DNA of 64,000 nucleotides from Rotaria socialis (lineage: Eukaryota), in the NCBI GenBank assembly GCA_905331295.1, contig CAJNYD010000027.1, positions 1 to 64,000 of the forward strand. The letters are read 5' to 3'. Shown here one piece after another: positions 1-13,208 of this stretch. Each line of letters opens with the position of its first letter. Positions within the stretch are counted from its first letter, which is position 1. The notes beneath the pieces are model-generated. The model had not been told where the DNA came from. It did no database searches and saw only the letters and a list, made by a program, of their open reading frames with translations. A program made the translations under genes and the position numbers.

Positions 1-962
1 CCCCCCCCAGAATAAAAGACCATGGCCTTATACAGTGCCTTAGCACATCGCTACTTTTTGGACGGCCTTCTATTGAGGGCCAATTTTTGGTCAATTATTA
101 ATTAAAATATTTTTAAAAATTAAAAATTAATTAATAACCTTAATTATTATTTTTTAGTTGTTTGTCACTAAAAAAACTAGCATTTTTTGTAAAAACTGTA
201 CTATTTATGAGAGGATAGGAAGAATTGCGCAAAAGAGAACGCTAGAAAATCGGTTATATTTCTATAATTATTAGTTATATTTATTAAAAATTCAATATTT
301 TTGTAATTTATTAATTAATTAGTGCATGCGCCTTCTAATAGGGCGTTTGAACTTTTGTCCGAGCATGACCTTATACAGGAGGTGGTCTTCTAATATATGG
401 TGGCCGTCTATTTGGGGGAGGGAGGGGGTTAATAACCTTTCAAAAATAATTTCAGGTTGTCTTTAATTTAAGTCCATCGCTACAGCTAACGGAAAATAAG
501 GGCGATTTACTTATATATTTATATCTTTTCTTCTATTTACTTCCGTTAAAAATTCAAAATGAAAACAGAAGCATCAAAACTTTCTCTTTGATTAATTCGT
601 TCCTTTTATTTCAGCTCATTGATACAATGTATTCAAAGTGAATATATCTTTTCACATATGTCTTTATAAATCTTATATTTTTCTACCTTTAGTTCAATAT
701 CAAAAAAATAATATAAATATAAAAATATTTTATAAATAGCTATTTCTTTTTTTTAATTTACATTCGTCGAAACTATGCATGGGAAAGAGCTATGAAGATC
801 GATTTCAGACATCTGGGACAATCCAGTCAGACAAGCGCCTTAAAAAAAACGCATTACAGCGAATACATATTTTGACGCTTTCATGTTGTAAGACGTTAAA
901 ACATCTTAAAATTTCATAAAAACGCCGTATGTATGATTTCATGCATTTTGCATCTACATCTC

Positions 963-1445
963 CTACCCAAGCAGACAAAAAATTTTAATAACGCGTGCAA
1001 ACGCACATACTTTCTCGGACGTGTTCGGATGGCAATCGATGTTCCCGATTATGTGTCACTAACGGCAAAAAGAGAACGACGTGAAAACGCTTACTTTTTT
1101 ATGCTAACTGAAATTGTAGCCATGTATTATCCGTAGAATTTTAGTCGTTTTCACACCTGCTTGGCTTAGACGCTTAAAAGACGTATTTTATCATAGTGAA
1201 ATATTTTTCACGTTTGAATGGCCTGTTTTTAAACCTACTTTAGATGTATTATTTATAGATGTTTGTGACTCATAATCGGAACATCGATTAGCATCCGAAC
1301 ACAGTTAATAAAATTACGCGTTTACACGGTGTCTTTTTACTATACTGATATATTTTCACGTTTCAACGGTAGGTTTTTAAAGCCTACTTTGGATTAAGTA
1401 TTTACATAAGTTTTTGACTCACAATCGAGACCTTCGATTGACAGC
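963..1445. mobile_element. Degenerate MITE-like region of the CCCAAGCAGACAAA family
   Basis: ctacccaagcagacaaa at 963-979 matches the terminus of the intact MITE at 11926. 1021-1063 and 1261-1302 are inverted copies of each other. ~1200-1280 and ~1350-1430 are diverged direct repeats. Confidence 0.55.
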
Positions 1446-1514
1446 CAAAAGCATCTGTTTTTTTCAGCGTTGAAACGCGAGTTGTGAGAAGATTTGTAAT
1501 GTGTCAGTGTCACA

Positions 1515-1810
1515 GGATCCTGTAGGAACTATCACAAAAAATGATCGCGAGTCATGTTATCTTGCGGAAAACCACGAGAAATCGTTCGAGCAAGCAAGCA
1601 GTTTTCCGGCTGGAAAACTACCCGATTTATACCGATGATTTCTTCCGCATATTACTGAAACATACAGCAACATGGTCAGAACTCATTCGAAAAAATTCGA
1701 ACCGCTTCTCTCCAGATTACTACTCCTATGTTCAAGCGATTCTCATTGGTTTTCTGCAGAATAAACTGGCATTCTCACCAGGCTTCCTCACAGTTCCTGC
1801 ACGATCCGCC
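1515..1810. mobile_element. Diverged copy of the CCCAGGTCGAA MITE family interior
   Basis: Aligns by eye with the interior of 51093-51390 (gatcc.gta..., aagcagt.ttccgg, aaaaa.tcgaa). Confidence 0.45.
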
Positions 1811-1825
1811 CACTGGAACAATCCA

Positions 1826-2075
1826 CCTGCGACGTTGCATCTAAATACAAATAAATTAAATCATCAGGTTTCTACTTATGAAATCGAACTTACTACTATT
1901 ACTTGTTAACCTGATGTTGGATCTAAATACAGATAAAATAGTTCATCAGCTTTTAACGTTTCATATCGAACTTACCATTATTATTGGGTCATCTGCAGTT
2001 GGATCTAAATGGAAATAAAATAATTCATTCGCTTCAAAAATTTTCATGTCGAGCTCGCCATTATTATTTATTCAT
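1826..2075. repeat. Diverged tandem repeat, about 3 copies of an 82 bp unit
   Basis: g(c/g)atctaaat recurs at 1837, 1919 and 2001, each followed by a tcga(a/g)ct...attat motif. Confidence 0.7.
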
Positions 2076-2172
2076 CTTTCATGTCACTGAAAGATGTTAA
2101 AGGGGACAATACAATAGCAGTGCATCTATAGAAACAACAAATCTATTATTATCTGAGAATCTGAATTAATTC

Positions 2173-2420
2173 NNNNNNNNNNNNNNNNNNNNNNNNNNNN
2201 NNNNNNNNNNNNNNNNNNNNNNNNNNNNNNNNNNNNNNNNNNNNNNNNNNNNNNNNNNNNNNNNNNNNNNNNNNNNNNNNNNNNNNNNNNNNNNNNNNNN
2301 NNNNNNNNNNNNNNNNNNNNNNNNNNNNNNNNNNNNNNNNNNNNNNNNNNNNNNNNNNNNNNNNNNNNNNNNNNNNNNNNNNNNNNNNNNNNNNNNNNNN
2401 NNNNNNNNNNNNNNNNNNNN
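2173..2420. other. Assembly gap (N run)
   Basis: Run of N. Confidence 1.
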
Positions 2421-2602
2421 AAACGGCCGTTTTAAGCCGAATTAAGGCGTTTTAACAGGGGCAGTATTACGGCCATACACGGACACCGTATATCAGCCGT
2501 AAAACCTCGTAAAGCCGGCGTAATATTATCGTATTCTATAGAACATACGGTCGTATTTGTATTGTATACGACCGTTTACTGGTCGTTTTCTTCGACCGGG
2601 GG
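2421..2602. mobile_element. Right end of a MITE with a ...ttcgaccggg terminus, cut by the gap
   Basis: Ends ttcttcgaccgggg, resembling the ttcgacctggg terminus at 51380-51390; interior is rich in acggc/ccgt motifs. Confidence 0.45.
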
Positions 2603-2657
2603 AACGGAGAATAAAAACCCTTTTGATGATGGGGGTGGAACAATAAATCCCTCACCG

Positions 2658-2856
2658 CCCAGTCAGTCAAAAATTTTACGCGTTTTCACGCTTTTTTTTG
2701 CCTGAGATACAATCGTAGATATGAATTTCTACCATTAAATTATTTAACTTTTATTCAGATTTGGTATAACACCTGATTTAATCGTTATGCTACGATTAAA
2801 TCAAATGTAATAGCAAATCTGTATAAAAATAAAACAATTTAATGTTAGAATTTCAT
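2658..2856. repeat. Foldback element with ~60 bp imperfect inverted arms
   Basis: The left arm gaatttctaccattaaatt...tgatttaatcgt pairs with acgattaaatca...aatttaatgttagaatttc. It is preceded by cccagtcagtcaaaaa, similar to the CCCAAGCAGACAAA terminus. Confidence 0.6.
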
Positions 2857-3015
2857 ACTTACTATTGAATCAATTGTTGACTCAACTCTAAATAAAAAAT
2901 AATAATTTTATTTTATCATTTCATACTTACAATTGAATTAGCTTTTTGTATTAAATCTAAAGAAAAAGTAATTTTAATTTATAAAGTCATACTTACGATT
3001 GGATTGAATCAATTG

Positions 3016-3268
3016 NNNNNNNNNNNNNNNNNNNNNNNNNNNNNNNNNNNNNNNNNNNNNNNNNNNNNNNNNNNNNNNNNNNNNNNNNNNNNNNNNNNNN
3101 NNNNNNNNNNNNNNNNNNNNNNNNNNNNNNNNNNNNNNNNNNNNNNNNNNNNNNNNNNNNNNNNNNNNNNNNNNNNNNNNNNNNNNNNNNNNNNNNNNNN
3201 NNNNNNNNNNNNNNNNNNNNNNNNNNNNNNNNNNNNNNNNNNNNNNNNNNNNNNNNNNNNNNNNNNNN
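3016..3268. other. Assembly gap (N run)
   Basis: Run of N. Confidence 1.
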
Positions 3269-4232
3269 AGAGGCTACCTTTAATTTATAACCGACTCGAC
3301 CTCGATAACTCTCATAGTCATGAAGTTATAGCAATTCTCATGGAAGCTATAAAACAAGTCATAAGTCTAGTTTAGTTAGGTATACAAGGCTGAAACGTTT
3401 ACCACAAGCGTTTCTCGCTAGGCCCATTCATTCCTGAAAGTTTCAGCCCAAACCTATACTCCAAAGTGGCAAGTCGATTCTGAGGGGGGGGGCCTTAAAT
3501 CTCAGCTCACTAAACCATTTTTTTCCTTATATCATATCTTTTTCATATACCCTTCAAGGATTTAGCATGATTTGTAGGAAGGACAATAAGGGTTCATTAT
3601 TCTACTCTGTTGTTTACAGTGTGTTTCTATGAGAACCAATATAAGAGAACGATTGAAAGAAAAGAAAAGAAAAGAAAAAAAGTGACGATGTACGTCTTGT
3701 TTTAATATTTTTTTTTCGCTTTCAATCGTCGTTCGTGACAAATGTGTCGCATGCGCATTGAACCGTTTATTAAACAAGTTTTTATAAGCAATTTTACTAT
3801 GTTTTACCTCCGGGTGCTGTGAGTTTTCTGTGGTACGTAATCGAATTGTTTTAAAATCATAATGGGTATTTCAAACTAACGATAATTATTAGAACAATCG
3901 GATCTTACCTTTGATCTGTCATATTAAGTAAGAGTAAAAATCAACAAAAATTTAATAAGAGTATCAAGCGTGTGAGTCATAACCTATTTCGCTAGTACGT
4001 GTATATAGAAGACATGTTTTTTAATACATAGTATTCATTATTGATTAGATGTGTTTAATGAGGATATATATCATTTACTCTCGTTTTGATAATTATGAAG
4101 TAACATGCTAACAATCTTCTTCGGTTCCGTTCAACTAATTATTCTTGAAACTAAAAGATTTACTTTCTTTTTGTATTTAAAGATTATCTCATTAAAAACA
4201 ATTATCGTGTTTCATAAAATATTAAATACGTA

Positions 4233-5776
4233 ATGTTTTCTTGTCGTAAAATAAAAGCACGATCAAATCGTCTATACTATATCATTATCCTTTTTGTATT
4301 TATTTTTCTTATTTCAAATATTATTTATAAAATACTACTATTCAATCCATCACGATTACAGAACTGTTCAGAATTATGTCGTCACTCAAGTATATTGACT
4401 AATGAGTCGCTTGAATTCGATTCATTGTATCCTATTCGACATTATCCAAACTTTGTTTGTCCACAAAATTTTCGCAATCTAGCTGATTGGGTTTATGGTT
4501 GGCCTGATCAATTTGGTGAGCATATAGAAAAAACAACTGATCAAGGAAAAATTATTGCTCCCTGTTTGCTACCGGGTAGTATTATCTATGTTCGCATATG
4601 GGTTATAAATGAATTCTTCGAATTTGTTTATCCATATTTACAAAATAAATTTGTATTAGTTACTGGTGAAGGTGATATGTCATCACCGGTTCATATGGAA
4701 TATCTTGAAAGCTTTGATTCAAAAATAATTCATTGGTTTGGACAAAATGGGCAATATGATGTATCGAAAAGTAAAAAATTTACTCATATACCAATTGGTA
4801 ATTTGCTGGTTTTACTATTATGCCTTTCTTCCTAAGATAGGAAAGTTTAATCGTATGAATAACGTGAAATCGAACAACCTATTGATAATTGAAGCTTTTA
4901 TTTCACAAAAATAATGAGTTTTATATTCTAAATTGTTACTTCATAGAGGTTTATGGCTATAATAATTTATTCATGCTCATAAAATGTAGCAAAACTAGCT
5001 TTATAGATCTCTTATTGTGCCAATCGATGTGTGTGGATTTTCATGGATGATTTGTTTTTTATTTAGGTATTAATTGCTTTGAAATGGCCGATGCTATTGA
5101 AAAAATATATTCTAAACAAAGACTTGATATAGTGCCTTCTGTATTCAATGATTTGGATGAACCATCAAGTTATATTCAACCAAAAGATGTATCAAATCGT
5201 GTACAATCTACAAAGGTAGAAAATAAGAACTTGGTATTGATTAATTTTGACCCAGGCACTGATAGAACTGGTTTTCGTTCACGTATCTGGAAAAAATTAT
5301 GTTTGAAAAAATATCGCCTGAATTATACATTTGTAAAATGTTTCACAAAAGAAGGTGGTGTTCAAATAGACGATCTACCTAAAATATACGAACGCAATCG
5401 TCAGTATCCATTTTGGTTATCACCACGAGGTAATGGTCTTGATTGTCATCGAACATGGGAAGCACTTTATCTTGACATTATACCAATTGTATGGAATAGT
5501 TCATTAAATGTTCTCTATGAAAATTTGCCAGTGGTTATAATAAATGATTATCAAGAATTAAATGAATCATTTCTATATGAAAAGTTAAATGAACTATCAA
5601 AACAGAAATTATCAAAACTTAACACGTATCAATTTGAAAAATTACGTCATGCTTACTGGCGTCGTTTAATATTAAAGAAATCAAGGCATCAAAGCAAAAG
5701 AGATATTTATCTACGTAAACAGCAATGCTGGAGAGCTACGAATACAATGAATTGGAGACGGCTAATACCTATTTAA
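4233..5776 (+). CDS. Exostosin/GT47-like glycosyltransferase, type II membrane protein; join(4233..4797,5067..5776), 424 aa
   Basis: A GT-AG intron joins HIPIG to INCFEMADA in frame. N-terminal hydrophobic anchor. C-terminal FWLSPRGNGLDCHRTWEALYLDIIPIV is the GT47/exostosin-type motif. Confidence 0.8.
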
Positions 5777-7606
5777 TTTCACAGTGAAAAATATTTTAAT
5801 AGGATTCGTTCTGTATTTTTTCTCATGTATTTACTATCTCAGGTATCACACAATGAACCAGTTACATCTTGACAATAAAATATCAATATTTTCAACCACT
5901 TCATCCTTTTAATATAGATGAAAAATTAGAATAGAGTTAGTCTAATTAGTTATTATTTTGATTCCTCTAAGAAAATGTTGAATTTTATGTCCATACATAC
6001 GAGTATTCTTTTATCATGAATAGTTCTTCTACTTATTACTGTAGTTATACATACAATTATATCTTAATAATATTTCATCAGATAACTTCATATATATATA
6101 TATACGTACTAGCTGTGTATCAATATTCAAATAGGGCAAAATGATAATCTATATTCATATGACGATCTCACGTTAATATAAATTTCGTCTTTTTTAGATA
6201 TCTTCTAGTTCAAATACTGACTAATTCAAAGAATAAGAATTATATGTTGTAGAATCAGCAATTCTACTCATACATGTAAAAGTCAGATTTCAATTTTTTT
6301 CTAGAACAAGTATAAGTCAAAAAAAGCACTAGACTAGAAATTCGTCTACCCTCTATGACTATACCTTGACATATATAAATGATATTAGGAAGAAAAATGA
6401 TGAGCGACAGTATATTTACGAGTAGTTTTATACATCGTAAAACTTTATAGGCATGACTCAAGTTTTTGAAAACGAAATATCTATAAATAAAATGGAATTC
6501 ATTGACATCTAAAATTATTTCCAACAATTTAACGTGCACTGAGAATGATGTCACATTTATTGTTGAATAAAACAATAATTATGCAATAGACACATGTGAT
6601 TTTTTTTATCAAAGCAGCTGTTACAAAAAGTCAACAACATGTTTTTCTTGTAAAACAGAAAACCACTAGTTGATTGTGTTTTTTTTTTCTATAAGAATAT
6701 TTCTTATCAAGAGTCAACTTTTTTGTTTTCGTCTTAAGTATAGGACTCATCTATTGACTGTATGATGAGATTCAATAATTTTATATAAATATTTAAAAAA
6801 TTCTTAAAGCAACCAAATATATACAATGAGTTTTGTTTTTCTCAAATCGAAATTTTCATTTGAATGGCGAAAACATCAAAGGAACTCAGTACAAGTAATA
6901 TTCAATTCAATCGAACCTAGTGTGAAAAAAAAACACACAAATGACGATAGAGATCTTTTTTCACCATGTAGAGTTTAGTATCGTATGAAAAGTCACATTC
7001 AAGAATTTATAATGAATGACAAGTGTTTCTCTAGGTCATCAACATTTACCTGCTGTTAAAATTTCATTGTTTCCTTACGATCTCTTTTCCAGACAACCCC
7101 GTAAGGCAAGCTATATGTACTTGTCGATCTTTCTACTCTTCGAAAATGAAAAGCATATTTGAGTGCATAACTACGACAGGTGCATTCTTTGATGCATGAT
7201 TGATTTTGTTTTTCTTATGAAATAATGACTGAGACACATGACAGTGCTATATCTTGACAAGTGAATATCGGGCATGGTAGTTAATTGTTAGAAAACAAGA
7301 TGAATTCATAAAAATAACTAAGTAATATATATATGGAATCATAACTTGCGATTTTTTCCTTTTGATTTAGCAAATAGTATGGTTCGCTCATTCTCCGTGC
7401 ACAATAAAAAATAACCAACCCATTTAAATAAGTGCAGAAAAAAAAGAACAAACAAAAAATCATAAGTAGAAACGTTGCCAACAACGTATCTACCATGTTT
7501 AAAGTAATTCAAAACAAAAACAAAAACAAAAACAATTACAATCTAATCTAACTTATATCTCAATTTCGTCAGCAATCAGAAAACTAGCGTTCTTGTCTTT
7601 TCAATT

Positions 7607-10278
7607 TTATGTATTAACTTGTGAAGTAACCCCTAGTAATTTAGTTAATGAAGGAACTGACGGTGATGGTTCATTCGATGCTGGATTTTTATATTTTGGA
7701 AAAGCCAAACCAAAGCGTGTTTCAATACCTGGAAAATGAAAAAATAGGTCACCTGTCAATACTTTAACAAAAATAAAATAAATTATAAACCTTCAAATGT
7801 TGCTTGAGCTAAATGAAATCCACCAACATGATCGGGATTACTTGAAAGTATAATAGATGCACGTGATTTCGGCGAATATTGTGCTTGATCGACATTCTTC
7901 GATCCTTCTAATTTTCTACCTTGAAAATCAACATTAAACGAACGTTGAAGAAGTTCATAAGTAAGCAAAGTAACACCAAATTGTGGTGATGAACGAAGCA
8001 TACGTGCACCAGCACCTAGATTTTATATGTAAATCAAAAGTGAAAGTATTGATTATTATTATTACCTTTCCAAAAAGCTGTCCATCCTTCTTCGATATAG
8101 ATTTTTTTAAAAGCGTCTGTTAAACCATTATATTTTGTTTGTCCTTTTCTAGCTTGCACTTGTAAACGTGTTTTAACAACATCAGCTGGTGTGCAAAGAC
8201 CAGCTGCTGGTATACCAGCAAGAAGACCAGAAAAAAATAAACTCTTTGGATCATTATAACCATGTTCATTAGCAAAACGTTTTTTCATATGAGCATAAGC
8301 AGGAAAATAAATAGCTGAAAATGGAATATCACGAAGAAAACAAGCACGAGCACCTTTATATAAACCACGAATGCCAAGTTCACGTACAACTTCACTAGCA
8401 GCAGGACGACGAACAGATTGAATTTCACCAGCAACTTGTAAACGAATTTTTACTATTTCTAATGGATTCGTAAATGTTACCTAATTTACAATATAAATAA
8501 AAACAATAACTTCTAAATAAATCTTAATACTTGGGATGCACCAGCTAATCCACCAGCCATAATTTCAGCCCAAAGTGGAATAGTACCATCAGCTAATGTT
8601 AATCGATCACGAACAAAATCATTTACAGTTAATTTAATAGCCTTTTCCGGTGCAACACCAACCAATTGAGGAATTAAACCTACATTGAATGATTTATTCT
8701 ATTTTGAATTTGTTTTCAAATTGAATTCATTTCATTGTTTTTTACCTCGATATAAACCAAAAACACCTTCATGTCGAATAACTTTTTTAAAACAGTCAAT
8801 AGAATTTCGATAGAGACGTTCACCAACAATGCTTGTAGTTCGTTGATTTTGCATGCGAGTTTTTACTAAAGGAAAAAATACGCAATCAATGTATTTTTTG
8901 CTATTAACAAAAATTCATACCAAGATCAATAGGATAAACAGCTGTAGCACCAACAGCACCGGCAATACTACCTAAATAAGTTCTTATTTATTACAAAACT
9001 ATATGATAAGAAATTCTTTTTCTATTACCCAATCCGAATCGATAACCACTTTCAAAAATTTTCATAACAATAGTTTGATGTTCAATTTTATAATGTTCAT
9101 CAACAATCTCTGATCGTAATCGATATGGTAATAAATGTTCTTTTGCCGATATTGTATCAAAATCATTAAATTCAATATATTCACTTTTGACTTCTTTACC
9201 GACACTATTCTGATGTAGTTGATTTGTAATAGCAAATAAAATATCTATTTGTAATGGAGTTGTATGTGGAAAATGTTGAGCTTCAGTTAAAAATTCTTCT
9301 TTTGTTATAGTTGATGATGAAAATGTACGTGCTTTTTTTTCACATACAGCTAAATAAATTTTTCTCATAGATTCAATATTTGATAATAATTGTAGAAAAG
9401 CCGTAAAATATGGATACGATATTTGATTTGGTAATGTCGCTGATGATGATAATTTCACAATATCTTGTAGATGTGTCGATATAAATTCAGATAATTGATA
9501 CTGTCGTAATTCTTTAAGTATAATTTCAAAATTTTTCAATGATATATAACCAAGATTTGTGTTATCAAGTTTACAAAATGTTTGAATTGTTTGTTCGTCA
9601 ATAAAATCTTTAAAACGAAAAAAAAAGGTAATATATTTAAAAAAGCAAAAACAAATTATTATACTGTTTATGATTACCCAATAGTATTTGTGTAAATTCT
9701 TTATATGTTATTTGTCGTTGTCGTTTTTCACCAAAATGCATTCGAACAAAGTCCGAATCAAAATTAAATGGAAATTCTTTAAATTGCTTTGTTGCTGATA
9801 TTACATATTGAAAATCGTCAAAGGTAATAAAACCTTGACCACGACGATCGAATAATTGAAAAGCAAGACGATATAATGAATCGGAGGCTACTAGTAATGA
9901 TTCAAAATTAGTGAATTCGTCTATCGTTATTCCTATTGAAGAGAAAAAAATAATAGATGTATTTTTCTTTGATTTTTTTTTAAAGAACAAACTATGATTT
10001 TTATTTAAATCAACCAATGATCCAAGTATGTTTAGTGTTGTTGGGTCAATATTATCACCTTTTAAATAACCTAAATAATCTTGTAAAAATTCAGTTGGTG
10101 TCATATAACGTTGACCGAGATGTTCATGACGAGCGTAGCGATTAAAAACAGCTAAAATCTCATCATGATTCGTATGTGAAAATTGTGTGGCTGAAATGAA
10201 AAAAACAATTTTTTTTAATTAATCTTTTTTCCTAAAGCTATATTCACTTTTTTTAGGATCTTTTCCATTAGGTGCCAT
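7607..10278 (-). CDS. SLC25A12: Calcium-binding mitochondrial aspartate/glutamate carrier (aralar/citrin), multi-exon
   Basis: EF-hand N-terminus ([23 protein letters not shown]). Carrier repeats [43 protein letters not shown]. Also [19 protein letters not shown] and [24 protein letters not shown]. Confidence 0.95.
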
Positions 10279-10739
10279 GTTTAGTCAGTGCTACGTGTTC
10301 TACTGAATGATAAAGCAGGAAAATATAACCTTTTAACGACCACACAAAAACCAAAATGCATCAAATCGAAATAAGTATCGTGCATATCGTTTCACGTCGA
10401 CACCGCATGCTCATAAAAGTGAAAAATGAATGCTTTTGAAGCGACATCTATGTATTGCTATAGATCAGTGCTGATTGATGCTTTCACTTGTATAGAGCAA
10501 GGTCACTTTTTTAGTGATGCACGTAATGCTCAAGAATGTATTACTGCAGAAAAACTCTCCACACTTTTTTATTGCACCGTTCTGAATCATCATTGACCTT
10601 TATATTGGCCTGAATTTTTAAAATAAGAGTGCATTTTTTTCAGTGCACTGAGCCTCGCGTGACTTCTTGTGATAAGTAGAAAAATTTATTCATTTTGTCC
10701 TTTTCTGTGTTTAAGATCAGTTGCTAACAAAAAGTAAAT

Positions 10740-12874
10740 ATGGGAAAAGGTGGACATAATACACGTATTGGAAATACAGATGACCAACAAGCAGATTTAG
10801 CATCATTATCAGCACCACCTCATCGACTACCAACATTATCTGAGATTAAAGTTAAAGTACCAGCTCATTGTTTTCGTCCAACAGTTCGTGAATCGATGAG
10901 CTATGTGGTAAAAGATGTTATTTATGTTGTGTTGGCATTTATTGTGATGTATCAAATACAAAGCAGATTCCAATATGGTTTTTTACTTTTTCCTATTTAT
11001 TGGTGTGTACAAGGTTTGTATTATTGTATTTGGAAAAAAAAGATTCTACTCGTATTCAATTTATTCATAGGTACTCTTTATACATCACTTTTTGTTCTTG
11101 GACATGATTGTGGACATTCTAGCTTTAGTATGTATCCATTGTTAAATGATATTGTTGGTATGTAAGAATTTAATTCAAGTTATCAATAAGACAGCTGAAA
11201 TTCTATTTAGGCACGATCTTACACACTTGGATATTGACACCATATTATACCTGGAAGGCAATAGAAAATATTTTTATTCTTACTATTATGTTTAATTTAT
11301 ATTTTAATGTAGATTACTCATAATAAACATCATAAAAATACGGGTAATATCGATAAAGATGAAATATTTTATCCTCAACGCGGCGCACCGTTTGAACCAT
11401 CATTAATCGATGATATTCTCTCATGGCTTCCTGGCATTGGCTGGTTCTATTATTTAATAAATGGTTATTCACCGAGAACAATTAACCATTTTAATCCAGT
11501 AAATAATTTTAATCTTCTTTACGAATTTGAAATAAATTACTGTTATTATTTTCTCTAAGTTTGAACCGATGTTCTATAATCGAAATTTATTTGGTGTTTC
11601 GTGTTCGCTCTTGGCATATGTAGGAATAGTATGTTATTAAATCGATTTTCTCGTTGAAATATACATATTTGGATTTATTTAGTGCTATTCGATGTATCTT
11701 TATGCCTGTTCGTTTAGTTTCATGAACTTAGTTGCTTATCATTTAATACCAGTGTTCCTGTTTGCATCGTACATGGTTATTATAACAATGTTACATCATA
11801 CAGAAATGTAATGTACCTTATTTGAAATTTTACAGAGAATAGAATAAAGATTAATATTTCGAAATCGAGTATTAATAAGAATACTTCATACTGTTGAAAA
11901 TGATATTAGAGTGATGAAACTTCTACCCAAGCAGACAAACTTTTGGGAAAACGTGTTTCTTGCGTTTCATTACTGAGTGTTAATGACTTACAATCGCGGT
12001 TCCCGATTGGGTGTATAAATGCGTTTTTCCAAAAGTTTGTCTGCTTGGGTAGTACGTTCAAGATTTGAATAGTAGCTCTTAAATTTCTACTAGCTGAAAA
12101 ATCTTAATATTATAGAAATTCTATTATTGCTCAAGTCGTCATTACTTTCACCGACTGAGATTCCTGTCGTTGACAATTAAATTTTCCATTCGAATCACTA
12201 GTTGACATGTTTAAAATGTTTACGGTTATAGGAGAAAAAAAAATGAAATTGAAAGAATAAATTTAAGAGTTACTTTATATCTCTGAAATCTTAATAAATG
12301 TTCATGCATATTTCTACATTTGAAAGAGAATTTTAAGTATTTTGAAGAAGTAAAACGTTTCTCCTAGGAAATACTGCATTGTTTTACAGGCTCGATGTGC
12401 TTTGTGACTTTCAAAATATGTACCCATGATAGTTCTTTTAGAAAATCTTCTCATCAATTTGTTCTAGTGATGTACCCTGGTATGCTGATTCTGAATGGAA
12501 TAATGTGAAAGGTCAATTATCAACTGTCGATCGTGATTATGGTTGTGTTCATTCCGTGATCCATACCATTGGTACACATCAAATTCATCATCTCTTTACT
12601 AAAGTACCGCATTATCATTTAGGTAAGAATTTACTATTTTTTTTCTTTTTTATTAATATCGTCTTTTTCGTTTCATCTGATAGAAGAGGCAACAATGCAT
12701 TTCCGAAAAGCATTTCCTGATTTGGTTCGTTACAGTGATGAACCAATTCTATCTGCATTTCGACGTATGTTCAAAATATTTATTCAACAACGTGGCATTG
12801 ATCACGATATACGAGTATTTACGTACAAGGAAGATGGCAATGTCAACAAGAAACAAAAAATTCATAATGAATAA
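10740..12874 (+). CDS. Methyl-end (omega-3/omega-6, delta-12/15-type) fatty acid desaturase, multi-exon
   Basis: Three His boxes ([21 protein letters not shown]), plus [15 protein letters not shown] and LSTVDRDYG. No cytochrome b5 domain. Exons join in frame to TAA at 12872-12874. Confidence 0.92.
11926..12049. mobile_element. Intact 124 bp MITE in a desaturase intron, CCCAAGCAGACAAA termini
   Basis: Perfect inverted repeat ctacccaagcagacaaacttttgg (11923-11946 / 12029-12052); element flanked by TA on both sides. Confidence 0.85.
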
Positions 12875-13208
12875 AAATATATCTGAATTAGTGATCCAAT
12901 CGAATAATTATGGACTCCTTTTTGTGTTCCATTCCTATTGAAAACAAGTACTAACATCATTGTCATTTGTCCTTGAAGATAGCGCATTCATCTTTCTATT
13001 TTGATTATATTGTCGGTTTTTTTTAAGAAAAAGAGAACAATATCATTCTTTTTCTAACTAAAATAAAAATATAACATCATGTGCACTATTTACTTAATAT
13101 CTTATCAGTAGGCACGAATGATTGTTTTTGTAAAAGTGGGATTGTTGTATTCTAATTGCACTAAATATATCATTTTACTATTCATAAGTGTATGCGTTGT
13201 AGAAAGCT

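Noticed and set aside
1..430. C-rich start and G-rich end suggesting a MITE
   Set aside because: The inverted match is weak and the left end is cut by the window edge.
933..1909. ORFs 933-1136 and 1541-1909
   Set aside because: They overlap MITE-derived inverted and direct repeats.
1826..2075. Regularly spaced repeats as a possible CRISPR array
   Set aside because: The whole unit is repeated and diverged, with no unique spacers, no cas genes and a eukaryotic context.
13080..13208. Iron-responsive element upstream of ferroportin
   Set aside because: No CAGUGN-loop hairpin is visible before the ATG.
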